DNA of 63,655 nt, filler included, from Pelomyxa schiedti (lineage: Eukaryota > Protista > Evosea), in assembly GCA_020536535.1 (NCBI GenBank). It is 13 parts of 13 records of this genome, joined end to end, with 100 filler letters (N's around TTAATTAATTAA, not from the genome) between each part and the next. Parts side by side here need not be neighbours in the genome. Positions count along the whole stretch, not along the records: positions 41,395 to 55,952 come from JAHLWZ010001168.1; positions 56,053 to 61,370 come from JAHLWZ010001506.1; 11 more parts are not named here. The stretch is one strand, 5' to 3'. The notes beneath the pieces were generated by a model. It did no database searches and was not told where the DNA came from. It saw only the letters and a list, made by a program, of their open reading frames with translations. The position numbers and the translations under genes are program-made. Below, piece after piece: positions 45,218 through 56,413 of the stretch (positions within the stretch are counted from its first letter, which is position 1; the number at the start of each line of letters is the position of its first letter).

Positions 45218-45523
45218 GCTGCTAACCGCAAGCGGGTTATGAGGCTGTTTCGTTTTGCGAATAACGTTAAGAGCTGATAACCAGGGGCTAACAGATTAAC
45301 TTTAGAATTTCCACCTCACTCAGTGTGCGGCACAAGCTGACTCGTAAACGAGTGCGTCTGTGATTGGCTGTTCGGCCATCGCAGTGAGAGAAATCAGGAC
45401 TAAATTTTCCCGGGATCTCTAGGTTAGAGATTCGAGTGTAATTTCTCAGTCTGTGACTGAGGGTCACCATTTATCAACAGCATTCAAATTGTTTTCGGAA
45501 GCGGTCACAAGTACGGCGGGGGG

Positions 45524-47342
45524 TTGAAGACCACGGAGGGCGATTCGTCTGACGCGTTTGACGGGGAACCAGAGCGTGCATACGAGAACCCGCACGACAG
45601 ACAAGTCCGTGGAGGACCTCCGTCTCCGCCAAAGTCCGTCGCCACGCCAACGCCGCCACGTGGCCGTCGCAGCCGGCGGTCCTGGCGCAAGCCGGGGTTG
45701 TGCAACAGCATCGGCCTGCTGGCGCTGCCCACCCTCCTCGGCGACCTCGGTGCTGCTGCTGTTGATGAAGGAGCCTCGCCCGATTCCCCCAAGCCAAAAC
45801 ACAGCCCCGCCAGGCAGCCAAAGAGACTCTCAACCACAATCACAACCACAAGCACAAACACAACGGCCACTACCACGACCACTACCACGAGCACAAACAC
45901 GAGCACAAACACAAACACAAGCACTGGCACGAGCCCCAGCACAGACATCACAGGCACATGCAAGTCGATGCCAGCAGGTTCAGGGTCAAGTTCCGGGTCG
46001 GGGCGAAGCCCAAATATGAAGCCAATCAACCAGCCACCTTCCTCGACCAATTCCGGTCCAGTCGATCCGTCGAAGCGCCCCGCTCTCGCTGCGTCACGAG
46101 TCACAACGACGGCTGCAGCAGCGCCGGGCGCCCCTACTAGCAACGGCACTTGTAGTACTACCAAGTGCTCGGCGGCAGAGGCATGGCAATGGAGCGAAGA
46201 GCAACAAGAGGTTGTCGAGCTTCTTTCCAAGCCTGATAAGTGGACGCGCTTCCTTTTCTCTCGGGCCAAAGCGACCCTTGACCGGCAGCAACTCGCATAC
46301 ATTGAATCAGTGGTGCACTTTTGGATGGGAAACAAGCATGTGTGCAGGTTCCCACGAATGCTATGCACTCCCCCTGGTGGTCACCAGATCTCAGAGTCAC
46401 CTTGAAGGAAGTCTCTGCGAAATTTTGCTTACAAGCAGCACAGGTTTATACTCTTTCTCTCTTTTTTTTTAGAAAAACGGAAAGAAGGTTTGTGGAATGA
46501 TGTACACTGGCCATATGCCCACTTTCCAACAGCTTTACCATGCGCTGGTGTCGTTTCTTGAACCATCTTCAGAACCTGGAGGGACTTCTTTCCCTCTGCC
46601 AGCTGTTATTTCACGTGGTTTTGGGAGTGGAAAGTATTACCTTATTGGTAACATTGAGCTATTTTTGGCAGCTCTGCTGCTATCATCACTTCTCCTGTTT
46701 CCAACAACAAAGCCTGAACAAATTCCCTTCGAAAGAGTGTTGCAGGTGCTATCCTTCCATGCAACAGAGCTCCAGCTGGAACCTTCATCATGCCCCCTTG
46801 ATTTTTTCCCGGTTGCCTTTGCAATTCCACTTTATTTCCAAGTGGTACCTACTTTTCTGCATTTAACTGTTCTCTGGAAGCTCTACCAGACATTGTGTGT
46901 GCATATTTCCCAACCCCCTCCCCCCACACCTGTCCATTTCCTGCCTCACCTCCGCAAAAGGGCTGCTAAGCAACCTATATCTATCGCCACACTCCTTCCT
47001 GAAGAGTGGTGGGACTTGGTTTTACATGGAGAGGAAAAAGCTGCACTCAATCGTTTGGCAAGGATGGACTTCAGTATTATTCTTGGACTGCAAAGTGTGC
47101 TCTTGGATTCAGCACAGCCATCGATTGAATGCTGGAGGCCCCATGCATTCAGAGTACACAACCCCAAAAGTTGTTTTCTATTCATGATTCCTTACAGCAG
47201 CTGCCAGAAGCCATATGCTGTGGAAGGTCTGGTGTTCTTCTGGAAAAATCCCAGGAAGCCAGAGACGCCTTCAGATATATTTTGGATAGGGTGTCAACAC
47301 ACCATACACCAAAAAAAAAGAGAAGAGAAACGAGGCCACTAA
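45524..47342 (+). CDS. Hypothetical protein, T/S-rich N-terminus, possible degenerate P-loop (ISRGFGSGK); may be disrupted
   Basis: Long ORFs at 45524-46405 and 46497-47342. Confidence 0.35.
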
Positions 47343-48478
47343 ATTGGAAAGTACACCTTGCAACCAGGAACCAGCAGGCACCACTGCCGTTAAAAAAAGG
47401 TGTGTACCCTCGGCGTCAAAGAGGAAAAGGCCACCACAACCTTGTCCTCCTGCTGCCACACCGAAGCCAGAATATACTGCCATACACAAGGGCTGGGACC
47501 CAGGCAAGTTCAAAATCGTGGGAAATAATGGGCATTTCTGGGTCTTGGTGGAGGAGGGCACTGGTGAAATGATGTTCATTCTGGAGAACCGTGACCTTCT
47601 TCTGGAAGGAACCAGCAAGCAACTGGAGGCTGCAGGGTTGTACTGCAAGCAACATCCCATGCCGATTGGTGAAGAACTGGATACCCTACTTTGCACTTTG
47701 CTGCACTTAAAATATTTGATTTTTTCTATTTTCTGGCCCCGGCTGGAATTTTAGATTATTTGGGAGGACATTCTTGACCATGGCCGTCTCTTGGAATTAT
47801 CAGTGATCACCAAGCCCCAGCTGCACTTTTATATTCCCAGTATTTGCCATATTTCTAGCCTTTGCCGGACCTAAAAAAAATCTAGCATTTGCTGGAACTT
47901 GCGGACATCGGGATCTTGCATACTGCACAATTGGTTTCATAAACCTGCACCATGCAAGTTTCCTAGACTGTGCTCAAAAACTTGCACCATGCATGTTTCT
48001 TGGACCATGCTTGAAAAATGCACAGTGCATGTTTTCCAAACGGTTCAGCCTTCCTTTGTTGTCTTTTTTCTCAGTAACTCCCAGGATAATCTGCAAGACG
48101 GAAAAACTTTTTCCGGAGCTAGCATTACGCATAATTTGCGAAACCGCAATGTACGGACCAGCACTGTCCCAATATTTGGAGGCTTTTCCTGACCCTGGAA
48201 CAGCCATCCGGACGAAGCCAAATAAATCGTAAGACGTGGCGGTTACCACGGAGCTAACGACATCCTGGGACGGCTACAGCCCCCTCGGCTTGGTTTCGCG
48301 TACGCAGCTGCCAGTCCTTGGAGGCAGGTAGGTTAGTTGTCTGGTGCTGCGTTGATAATTCTGAGCACGGGCCAATCAACTTCTGGCACCCTCAACAATG
48401 CGCAAGAAGAGGAAACCAGTTTTTTCTTTATTGCTACTCATCACAGTTACAAGAGTGCACCAGTTTGAACATTATATT

Positions 48479-50965
48479 TCACATGGTGATGCACGTTGGT
48501 GGCTCCATCTTTTTCTCTTCTGGTGATGGTCGGGGCTTTGGTGACTGGTCCAGAACCATCTGCATGACCAGGTTCTTTGCCTCCTCGTCCGCGTGTCTGG
48601 TGAAGGCCCCGTGCGGCACATCATAGTTCAGCCGGTATGACACCCAGCAGGAGACAAACTCATTGGGCATGCGATTCGAGTCGATCAGAGAAGCCGGTAT
48701 CGAGCTGCACGGAAAGATGCGCGGGAATGCCCACTTGAGAGTCCTGATTCTGTTCGTGCCAGAACATGAGTGGAATACATTGTGGGCCGCCGGCAAGAGC
48801 TCATCACTGTCCACTTTGTATTGGTCGATGACCCATGAGGCCACTCCGATGTGTCCGTAACGAAGGCATTCGCTCACGACTTCGACGAGGCGCTCCCTCT
48901 GTGGGCTTCCTTTTGGCACTTTTGCGGGAACGACCTTTGAGAGCAGAATCTGGATGATGGGGAGGAATCCCTTCTTGCAGGCCACCTTGAGGCACGGCAA
49001 CAGGTTATATTCTTCGCAGTGCGGTCCCATGAGGAAATCGTGTGCGATTCCGTCTGAAATGAGCTGCTCCATCCATCGGATGAAAGGGAGGTCACCCTTT
49101 GAACAGCAGTCCGAAAAGGCACGGGTTAAGATTTCCATGATGGGAAGAGGAGCCTGGAATTCATTCAGCAGCCAAATGGCTGTTTCGAGGCTTCCGCTTT
49201 TGGCACAGTCTGTAACCCATGTATACTTCAAGTCAGATGCCTCTGTAGACTCGATAATAAGGCATCTGGATTGAACTACATGCTTCAAAAGGGGCAGGAA
49301 GCCGGGAACCAGCATTCCACGCAACATGGTGCGGGTTAATGTCGGTGTTATATCCAACAACCACCGTGCCACTTCTTTATGTCCATTTTTGATGCTCCCT
49401 TCCAGAGCACCGTCAATGACGGTAGCTGGTGGTGCACCAAATGTGGAAACCATCCACTGTGCACAGTCAAGGAAACCAGCGGAACAAACAAGGCTGAAGG
49501 TATTGCTTCTCAGGAACTCGGCAGTGAGCCTAAAGGTGGTGACAAGCCACTTGGAGAGGTCAAGGTTCCCATCAACCAAGGCGTTCCACAGCACTCCGTA
49601 ACCATCAGCGGATATATCCTGTTGTGTCAAAGTAAACTTTTCGGAAAACCATCTGATAAGTTCCATATTGCCGGTCTGACAGCATATCTGGAAAAGATTG
49701 TGGTCAGCAACATCCTCACACGTGACAGAAAAGGTTTCTATCAGCCACTTGAAAATGTCTAAATACCCCTTTTCACAGCAGGATTTTAGTGCCTCACAGG
49801 AGCAGGCCAGCATATCCCCCTTTTCAAGTCGGTATTCCCCTTGAAGCCACTTGAGTGTTTCAAAATGCCCATTGTTGCAGCACAACCTCACCGCCTCGCT
49901 GTTATTGTACGCGAGCATCTGGTACGAAACGAGGAATTTGTTTACGAGCCATTCCAACACCTGAGTGTGCCCATGGGAGCAACAAATGCAAATAGCTTGG
50001 TTCAGGCTGAGGTTCGGTGGATCGCCCGGATCGGTCTTCCTGAGGTGATACTCGTCACACACCCACTTGACAACGTCCAAGCTTCCCTGCCTGCAAGCAG
50101 CCTGAACCAGTCTCCAAGCGAATCTATCCTGAGACCGCAAGTGGAACTGACGGTACAGCCTAGTCACCAAGTACTTGACCATGTTCAGGCTCCCGGAACC
50201 GCAGGCCAGCCTCACCAGCCTCTGGTAGAACCTGAGCTCCAGGATGTGCCTCCCTGGGCCGCCGGTGGCCCCGCACATCCACTCGGCGAACTCCACGTCC
50301 CCAGTGGCACAGCACACGCAGAGGGCCTCGAACGCGTCGCCCTCGCCGTCGCCCCACGGCCCGAAGCGGCCCGCCGAGGCTTGAGGCTCCCTTGGGGGCG
50401 GCCGGCTGGGGGCCGCGGCGGCCCAGCCGGTGGAGGAGACGAGGCGGGCGGCGAGCTTCCGGGCGCCGAGGCGGGCGCAGACGACGAGGGCGCGGGGGGG
50501 CTCGCCCAGGCAGGCGGCCACGAGGCGCGAGCAGCACAGGGCCAGGAGCGGGAACACGGCGTCGCCCACGGCCGCGAGGTCCTGCGCCCGGCGCTGCTGC
50601 CCGCGGTACTCCGCGTCGTTGTCGATGTCGATGTCTCGGCTGCACAGGAGGCCCGTTTGTTGTTGCTGGGAAGATGAGTACGACGAGGAATTGAGGGCTT
50701 CTTGGACCTCTTCTTCGTCGTGGAGGACGTCGTAGGTGCGAAAGATTTTGTTGTGCTGTGGTTGCTGCTGGGAGTTGGGATTGTGGGACGTGGGTTCGCG
50801 GTCGTAGCGGTAGAAGTCGACCCACCCGTTCACCGGGTCCTTGCGATCTATCTGCATCATTATGGGAAGAACGTGTTGCCACAACACCTGCCCCAGCATC
50901 AATACTCTTGCAGCCTCGGCCTTTTTCTCGGCCACCGTAAGACCCGGCGCCCCACGATCAGCCAT
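48479..50965 (-). CDS. Ankyrin-like repeat protein, single exon
   Basis: More than 10 units of the form CCxxGxLxxxKWLxxxF (ACGSGSLNMVKYL, ACRQGSLDVVKWV, CCNNGHFETLKWL, CCEKGYLDIFKWL). Confidence 0.88.
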   Translation of the reverse strand: MADRGAPGLTVAEKKAEAARVLMLGQVLWQHVLPIMMQIDRKDPVNGWVDFYRYDREPTSHNPNSQQQPQHNKIFRTYDVLHDEEEVQEALNSSSYSSSQQQQTGLLCSRDIDIDNDAEYRGQQRRAQDLAAVGDAVFPLLALCCSRLVAACLGEPPRALVVCARLGARKLAARLVSSTGWAAAAPSRPPPREPQASAGRFGPWGDGEGDAFEALCVCCATGDVEFAEWMCGATGGPGRHILELRFYQRLVRLACGSGSLNMVKYLVTRLYRQFHLRSQDRFAWRLVQAACRQGSLDVVKWVCDEYHLRKTDPGDPPNLSLNQAICICCSHGHTQVLEWLVNKFLVSYQMLAYNNSEAVRLCCNNGHFETLKWLQGEYRLEKGDMLACSCEALKSCCEKGYLDIFKWLIETFSVTCEDVADHNLFQICCQTGNMELIRWFSEKFTLTQQDISADGYGVLWNALVDGNLDLSKWLVTTFRLTAEFLRSNTFSLVCSAGFLDCAQWMVSTFGAPPATVIDGALEGSIKNGHKEVARWLLDITPTLTRTMLRGMLVPGFLPLLKHVVQSRCLIIESTEASDLKYTWVTDCAKSGSLETAIWLLNEFQAPLPIMEILTRAFSDCCSKGDLPFIRWMEQLISDGIAHDFLMGPHCEEYNLLPCLKVACKKGFLPIIQILLSKVVPAKVPKGSPQRERLVEVVSECLRYGHIGVASWVIDQYKVDSDELLPAAHNVFHSCSGTNRIRTLKWAFPRIFPCSSIPASLIDSNRMPNEFVSCWVSYRLNYDVPHGAFTRHADEEAKNLVMQMVLDQSPKPRPSPEEKKMEPPTCITM

Positions 50966-51041
50966 CAAAATCGTTTTGCAACAAGCGGAAATCAACGATC
51001 ACACTTTCTCCTAAAAACCCCTTTTTTTTTCGCGTGCAGTG

Positions 51042-53995
51042 ATGAGCATGTTCAAGCGAGGGACCAAGGGAGGGAGTGGTGGCGGTTCGGGGTCCGCCAA
51101 AGGCAATGATGGGAGCGGTGGCGGTGGCAAGGGCTCGTTGTCATCTTCGTCGGGGTCGACGATCTCGTCGTCTGCGATGCTGTCAGCGGTGGCCACGACG
51201 GCGGCGTCGCCTGGGGGCGAGGCACTGATAATGCTCAAGGTCGTGGTGTCCGAGCTCAGTGTGACAAAAGTCATGAGGGTGTGTATTGGCAATTGCAAAT
51301 TGTGGGTGCCATTTATTATTAATTTTTTCCCGTGTTATTTTGTGGCGCGGTATCCTGTTAAAAACGTTCTTTTTTTTAATAGCAAGTTTGGTGTGTTTTT
51401 TCGGGTTTGATTTTTGCGTTTGGGGTTGGGATGCTCGTGTTTTGTTTCTTAAATATCGACAAAGGTCGGATCCAATATTTCTTGTGCAGAGGCAGCTAAT
51501 CAGTTGGCACAGAGAGTTCCAAACTTGGATGTATGCAAGGGGAAGTGAAAGAAACACCAAATTAACATCTATTATATAATAGCCGAATAGCCCTTATGCT
51601 CTTGCTTCGGAGGATTCCAAGTTTTTCGATGAGTCCCGCCTGGTTTCAACTCTAGGTTTGGCATCAATGGTAAAAAACATTCCGTGGAATGGTTGCAAGT
51701 CACTTAGCTTGTATCTCCATAGGACACAGTTCTTCTTAAGAAAAGACCGGCACAATTGGCACCACCACAGCCAACAGCACCTTCACCCCATAAGGAAGAG
51801 GTCTCAACTTCTCCACCTGCACAACAACCAACATCATCCCCACAAACAGCAGCTATTTCCCCTCCACCTCAACCACAGCCCTCTACTATTCCACCACATT
51901 CGACAACGCCACAGCCACGTGTTAAACCTCTAGTTAAAAGGTTTGTTTTCCAGATTCCCAGTTTGTCTTGACTCATTCATGTATGCATGCACAGAGTTGC
52001 AGAGACAGCACCAAATGTGGATAACGAGCAAGACCTCAAGATGAAAAAGAGCAAAATCTCTCATTTTTTGAATGTATTTTTACGGAAACGTCCTGCAACA
52101 GGTACATATTGTATGCGAAGGTTGGACACAGCGATTCTCACATGCCGTTTACCTTCACTTCAATAGAGGAACTTATCACCGCGAAAATTCTTTTCGAAAA
52201 GCCAGCACCTGTACTTCTACCTCCCCAGCTCACAGTTGTGGTTAAATGCTGTGATTGGCTTGCTGCTAATGGTTCTTTGTGATTCATTCTTCTCCCACAA
52301 ACTGAATTGGGTATATGCAGCCTTAGACCTTGAGGGTCTTTTCCGTGTCTCTGGACCAACGAATGACACAAATGCGATCTGTGAATCTTTACTTTCTGGC
52401 GGTACCTCTGCTCTTAAGTCCACCTTTGGTGTCAACACTAAGTCACCTTCATGCAGTTGTTCCTTGGGAAGTCCCAGGAGCGCCTCCCATTGTAAATCCT
52501 CACACTGTGGCGAGTGCACTGAAATTATATTTCCGCGAAAAAACACAACCACTCATTCCTTACAATGTATACCGAAGTTATCTCGAGAAAATGAAAAGTA
52601 GCTTCATGCATTATTCTCACTGCTCCACTAACTGTAATTTCAAGAAAATGTACGAAACGAAGAAGCCCACCTTGCAGCATGCAAAGACGCAATATGTGGA
52701 CTGCCAGACCAATCAGAAAAGATGCTTATTTATCTTTTGAAGTGTGCCAAATTCTAATTTAAAAAACCCAAACTAAACAAGTTTCAACCTCCCTCGTAAA
52801 TAACTAAATGTAACCAGGTTTCTAGTTAAACTATCAACTCGAGAAGAGGAGAATAAGATGTCCATCTTTAACATTGCCGTTGTGTGGGGACCTACTCTCC
52901 TCAAGGTATCATTTTAACTTGATAAATACTTTTGTTATTGTCAGATGATTCTGATTGATAATACTACACAAGGCACAAATGACAGGAATGGATTTATTCA
53001 GTGAATGCGAGTTTCAAATACAGTTCGTTAGCTTTACAATGAAAAATCTCGTATCCAGTTTGACTCTCTAGCCACAACCTAATCCCTCCATTAGACTGCT
53101 CTGGAAAATGCAATTGTTCCCGAATCGAAGCAGGTTGCACCTGCAAGTGTTGCTTCTGTCTCTGCTCCACCACCGCCCTGTCCTTGGTTCTTTGATGACA
53201 TGTCTGATGATGAGATTCACCGAGTACTTGCAAATGCACCAAGTGGAACATTTCTGATTACGTGCGAAACTCTATTCCCAATATTCTTCTGTTAACATTG
53301 CTCTGATAAAAAAAAAACAAGGGTGTGTTCCACGAATAGTACATGCTACACTGTACACTGGATATCCATGGGAGTCGAATTTACTGAAAATATCACCCAC
53401 TCTGGAGATTGTTGGAAAAAGGTCCAGGGTGCCATTTCCTTGCACAAGGAACTAATGTATCGCAGGGGTCTGATGAAAAGGAATTCGTAAGCCTGGCACA
53501 CCTTGTGTCATACTACACCGAAACCGGCGATTTTGTGTATGCTTTTAAGCGTCAAATCAAGCCCACTTTGGTTGCCGCCCCTTCTTCGACTTCCGAAGGC
53601 GAGGGTTTGGCGTGGACCAAATCGCCAATCGCCGATTGCGCGGAACTTCTTCAGGTACTTCTATCCTCGGAATCCCAAATGGCAGCCAAGAGAATTGCCG
53701 CCAAACACCTGGCAACAATGATGATGCAAGGTATTCTCCCTCATCATTACACCAAAAACCAAACAACACCAGATAAGAGCACCTACCTACTATTCACTTT
53801 TTTTTTTTACTTGCAACTAACACCCCATGATAGACCAGAGCCTTGTCTCGACACACTTCAACGGGCTCAGTCCAACACAATTGGCCACGCTCACTATCTG
53901 CATTGGACAAGTCATCGGCACCATGGTGTAATTTTTTTTTTCCCCCTGATTCTGTTGTAGAAAAAGATTCCCCGATCATCTCCTCATTTTTGTAA
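51042..53995 (+). CDS. RhoGAP with ubiquitin-like/FERM-F0-like N-domain, RPEL motif and degenerate SH2; multi-exon
   Basis: RPEL: LNVFLRKRPAT/EELITAKIL. RhoGAP: LEGLFRVSG, PHTVASALKLYFRE..PLIP, NKMSIFNIAVVWGPTLL. SH2: PWFFDDMS..LANAPSGTFLIT..FVSLAHLVSYY. Confidence 0.82.
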
Positions 53996-54075
53996 CAAAA
54001 AATCTCTCGTTGCGAGAGGGCGCATTGTGTCTCTCGTAGTGTCGATCGACGCACCCAACTCCAGCATTCGCGATT

Positions 54076-55398
54076 ATGGGGTGGAAGTCCTATTTCCCGT
54101 TGCTCGCTGCCGTTTGTTTTTTCTTCATGCTGCTCAGTTACGCCTTTTTGTTGGTGCACGACCGGTCGGGATCCAGCACCAACTCCCATAATAACAAACA
54201 ACCCACGGCCTCGAAATTGCCGGCGTGCGTTGCGGCGCCCGTGAACAACAAGAGCGATGAGTATGTCATTCAACAACTTAGTAAAACTTTCCACAAGGCA
54301 TGAATGACATTACAACATGGAAAATAAAACACACAAGTACTTTACAATACGAATAGAGCACACTAAAAAACAAATTATAGTTGTACAAGAAGGAATGTGG
54401 GAGAGGTTTTGGAGTGAAACAACTAACACCACTTTTTTTTTTTATTTCCTCAATACTAGTCTGGGAGACATTTCATCAGTCCTGTCGATACTTTGAATGC
54501 AACCAGAGCATACAGTTCCGCTACGGTTGATAGTTACCGTATTCTGTGGACGAGTCTAATGGGGGGTTCACTAGATGGATAACAAGCAGTATCAAGGTGG
54601 CGGATTCCCCACAGATAAAAGCACAAGGCATCTCTATTTGCAGCACTATGCCAAGCTATTTGCTCCATACAGCGGCCTTGATATCACGCTGCTTGAAATT
54701 GGAGTCAAGATGGGAGGTAGCGTTGCACTTTGGCGTGAGTTCTTCTCGGAACGGTCAATGATATACGGGATTGATATTTCACCAACTGTTCCAACGTTCA
54801 CACTGGAACCAAATATTAAGGTGCACAGCCAAAACTTTTTCCATTGTCTAATGTCTTAAATTCGTTTTATCAGGTTTTATTGTTGGACTCCAGAAATCCT
54901 GCACTTGTAGACAAAGCGTTTTCATATCACAAATTTGACATCATTGTGCCGTAAAAACTATGGATAAGTTACTTTTCTGAAACTCACAAAAAAGATTGAC
55001 GACGGAAATCATACTGCTGAAGCACAGTTTCTAACATTCAAGGCTCTGAAGAATCATCTATCGCCAACAGGAGTTTTTATCATTGAAGGCATGCGTGTTC
55101 CCATTCATTTAATCGAAACTATAAGTGAAATGAGGATGTAATTTTATACAAATTTAACACTATCGAAACGACAACAAAAAAAAAAAAAAAACCAGATGTG
55201 TATCTGAAACCACTTAGAATTGTGGAGCTGCTTCAAGCAGAGGGGTGGCAGCACTGCTGGCTGGATGATACCAAAAAGAGAGGCACCCAAATTTGGCATT
55301 TGGTTATTGCCTACCCCCCTACCAGTGTTGCTCCCCTGATTGGTGAGTGCCACAAGATGTACTGGGATGACCCAACCAACTCAACAAAACAGGGATAA
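54076..55398 (+). CDS. Class I SAM-dependent sugar O-methyltransferase (MycE/ElmM-like) with N-terminal signal anchor; multi-exon
   Basis: TDKSTRHLYLQHYAKLF..LLEIGVKMGGSVALWREFF..IYGIDI..FDIIIDDGNH..LSPTGVFIIED; the N-terminus is hydrophobic (LLAAVCFFFMLLSYAFLLV). Confidence 0.85.
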
Positions 55399-56052
55399 AA
55401 CACAAGGTGTACGTAAGACAAACTTGTTGCGAATTTTTCTTCCGTTCCCATGACTCATTTTGTCGAAATGGAGTACTAGCAAATTAGCGTCAATCTGGTA
55501 AAAAATTGTTTTTGTTTAAAGTGTGCAGAGGTCTAGACCTCAGACACCTCTGTTCGGACCAAATAGGTGCAACAGTGTTGGGGGTTGTGAAAGTGATGAC
55601 TTCCCGAAAAAGGGAACTACGGTGTCAGCCCTGAGAGACCCTGTCTGATAACTTCTGGGAATTCGATGACACCTGGTGATATGCTTCAGAAGGTAGACAT
55701 CAAAATCCTTCACAATGCACAAGGTTAAGTTGATTATGTCAGTTTGTAACATGCATCTCCACTGGGTGGTCACCAGGTGGTGTCTGGACAGATTTGACTT
55801 TTTTTTTTAAAAAAATATTTGTTTGTTACTCCAACCCTCTTACGGGGATACAACCAACTCGAAAACCAGTTAAACAAACTCTAAAAGTGTCCTGAAAAAA
55901 CTTAAACTCGTTTTCGGGGAGCTTTGGGCAAACATTGGCAATAGTTCAGAAANNNNNNNNNNNNNNNNNNNNNNNNNNNNNNNNNNNNNNNNNNNNTTAA
56001 TTAATTAANNNNNNNNNNNNNNNNNNNNNNNNNNNNNNNNNNNNNNNNNNNN

Positions 56053-56310
56053 GCCACACAAGCTGCGTGACCAGCGAGTCGTCGCGGTCGCTGGACGAGG
56101 CCAGGGCTACGGCGCAGGCCGCCGGGGGAAGGGAGGCGCCGCGGCCGTGGCGGCGGCCCAGCAGCCAGAGGCATATCTCGGCGACGAGGGGCGGGGAGAG
56201 CAGCGAGCCGAGGAGGGAGCGGGAGCCGCAGCGCGGCACCAGCGCACAGAGCAGGGCTCGGGCCTGCGACCATGCGTCGACACGAACGTGGATCTCCGTT
56301 GCGGAGTTGA
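56053..56310 (-). CDS. Orphan HPRCG-family protein, partial
   Basis: VDAWSQARALLCALVPRCGSRSLLGSLLSPPLVAEICLWLL. Confidence 0.65.
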
Positions 56311-56413
56311 GCGATGTGGTGCGGTGTTGCTTCGGGAGTTCTCTGCGGATTAAGTGAGTATAAATTTGTTGTGATGCTTATGCGAACCGAAACCTGGTCT
56401 GTTTTTCGAAGAG

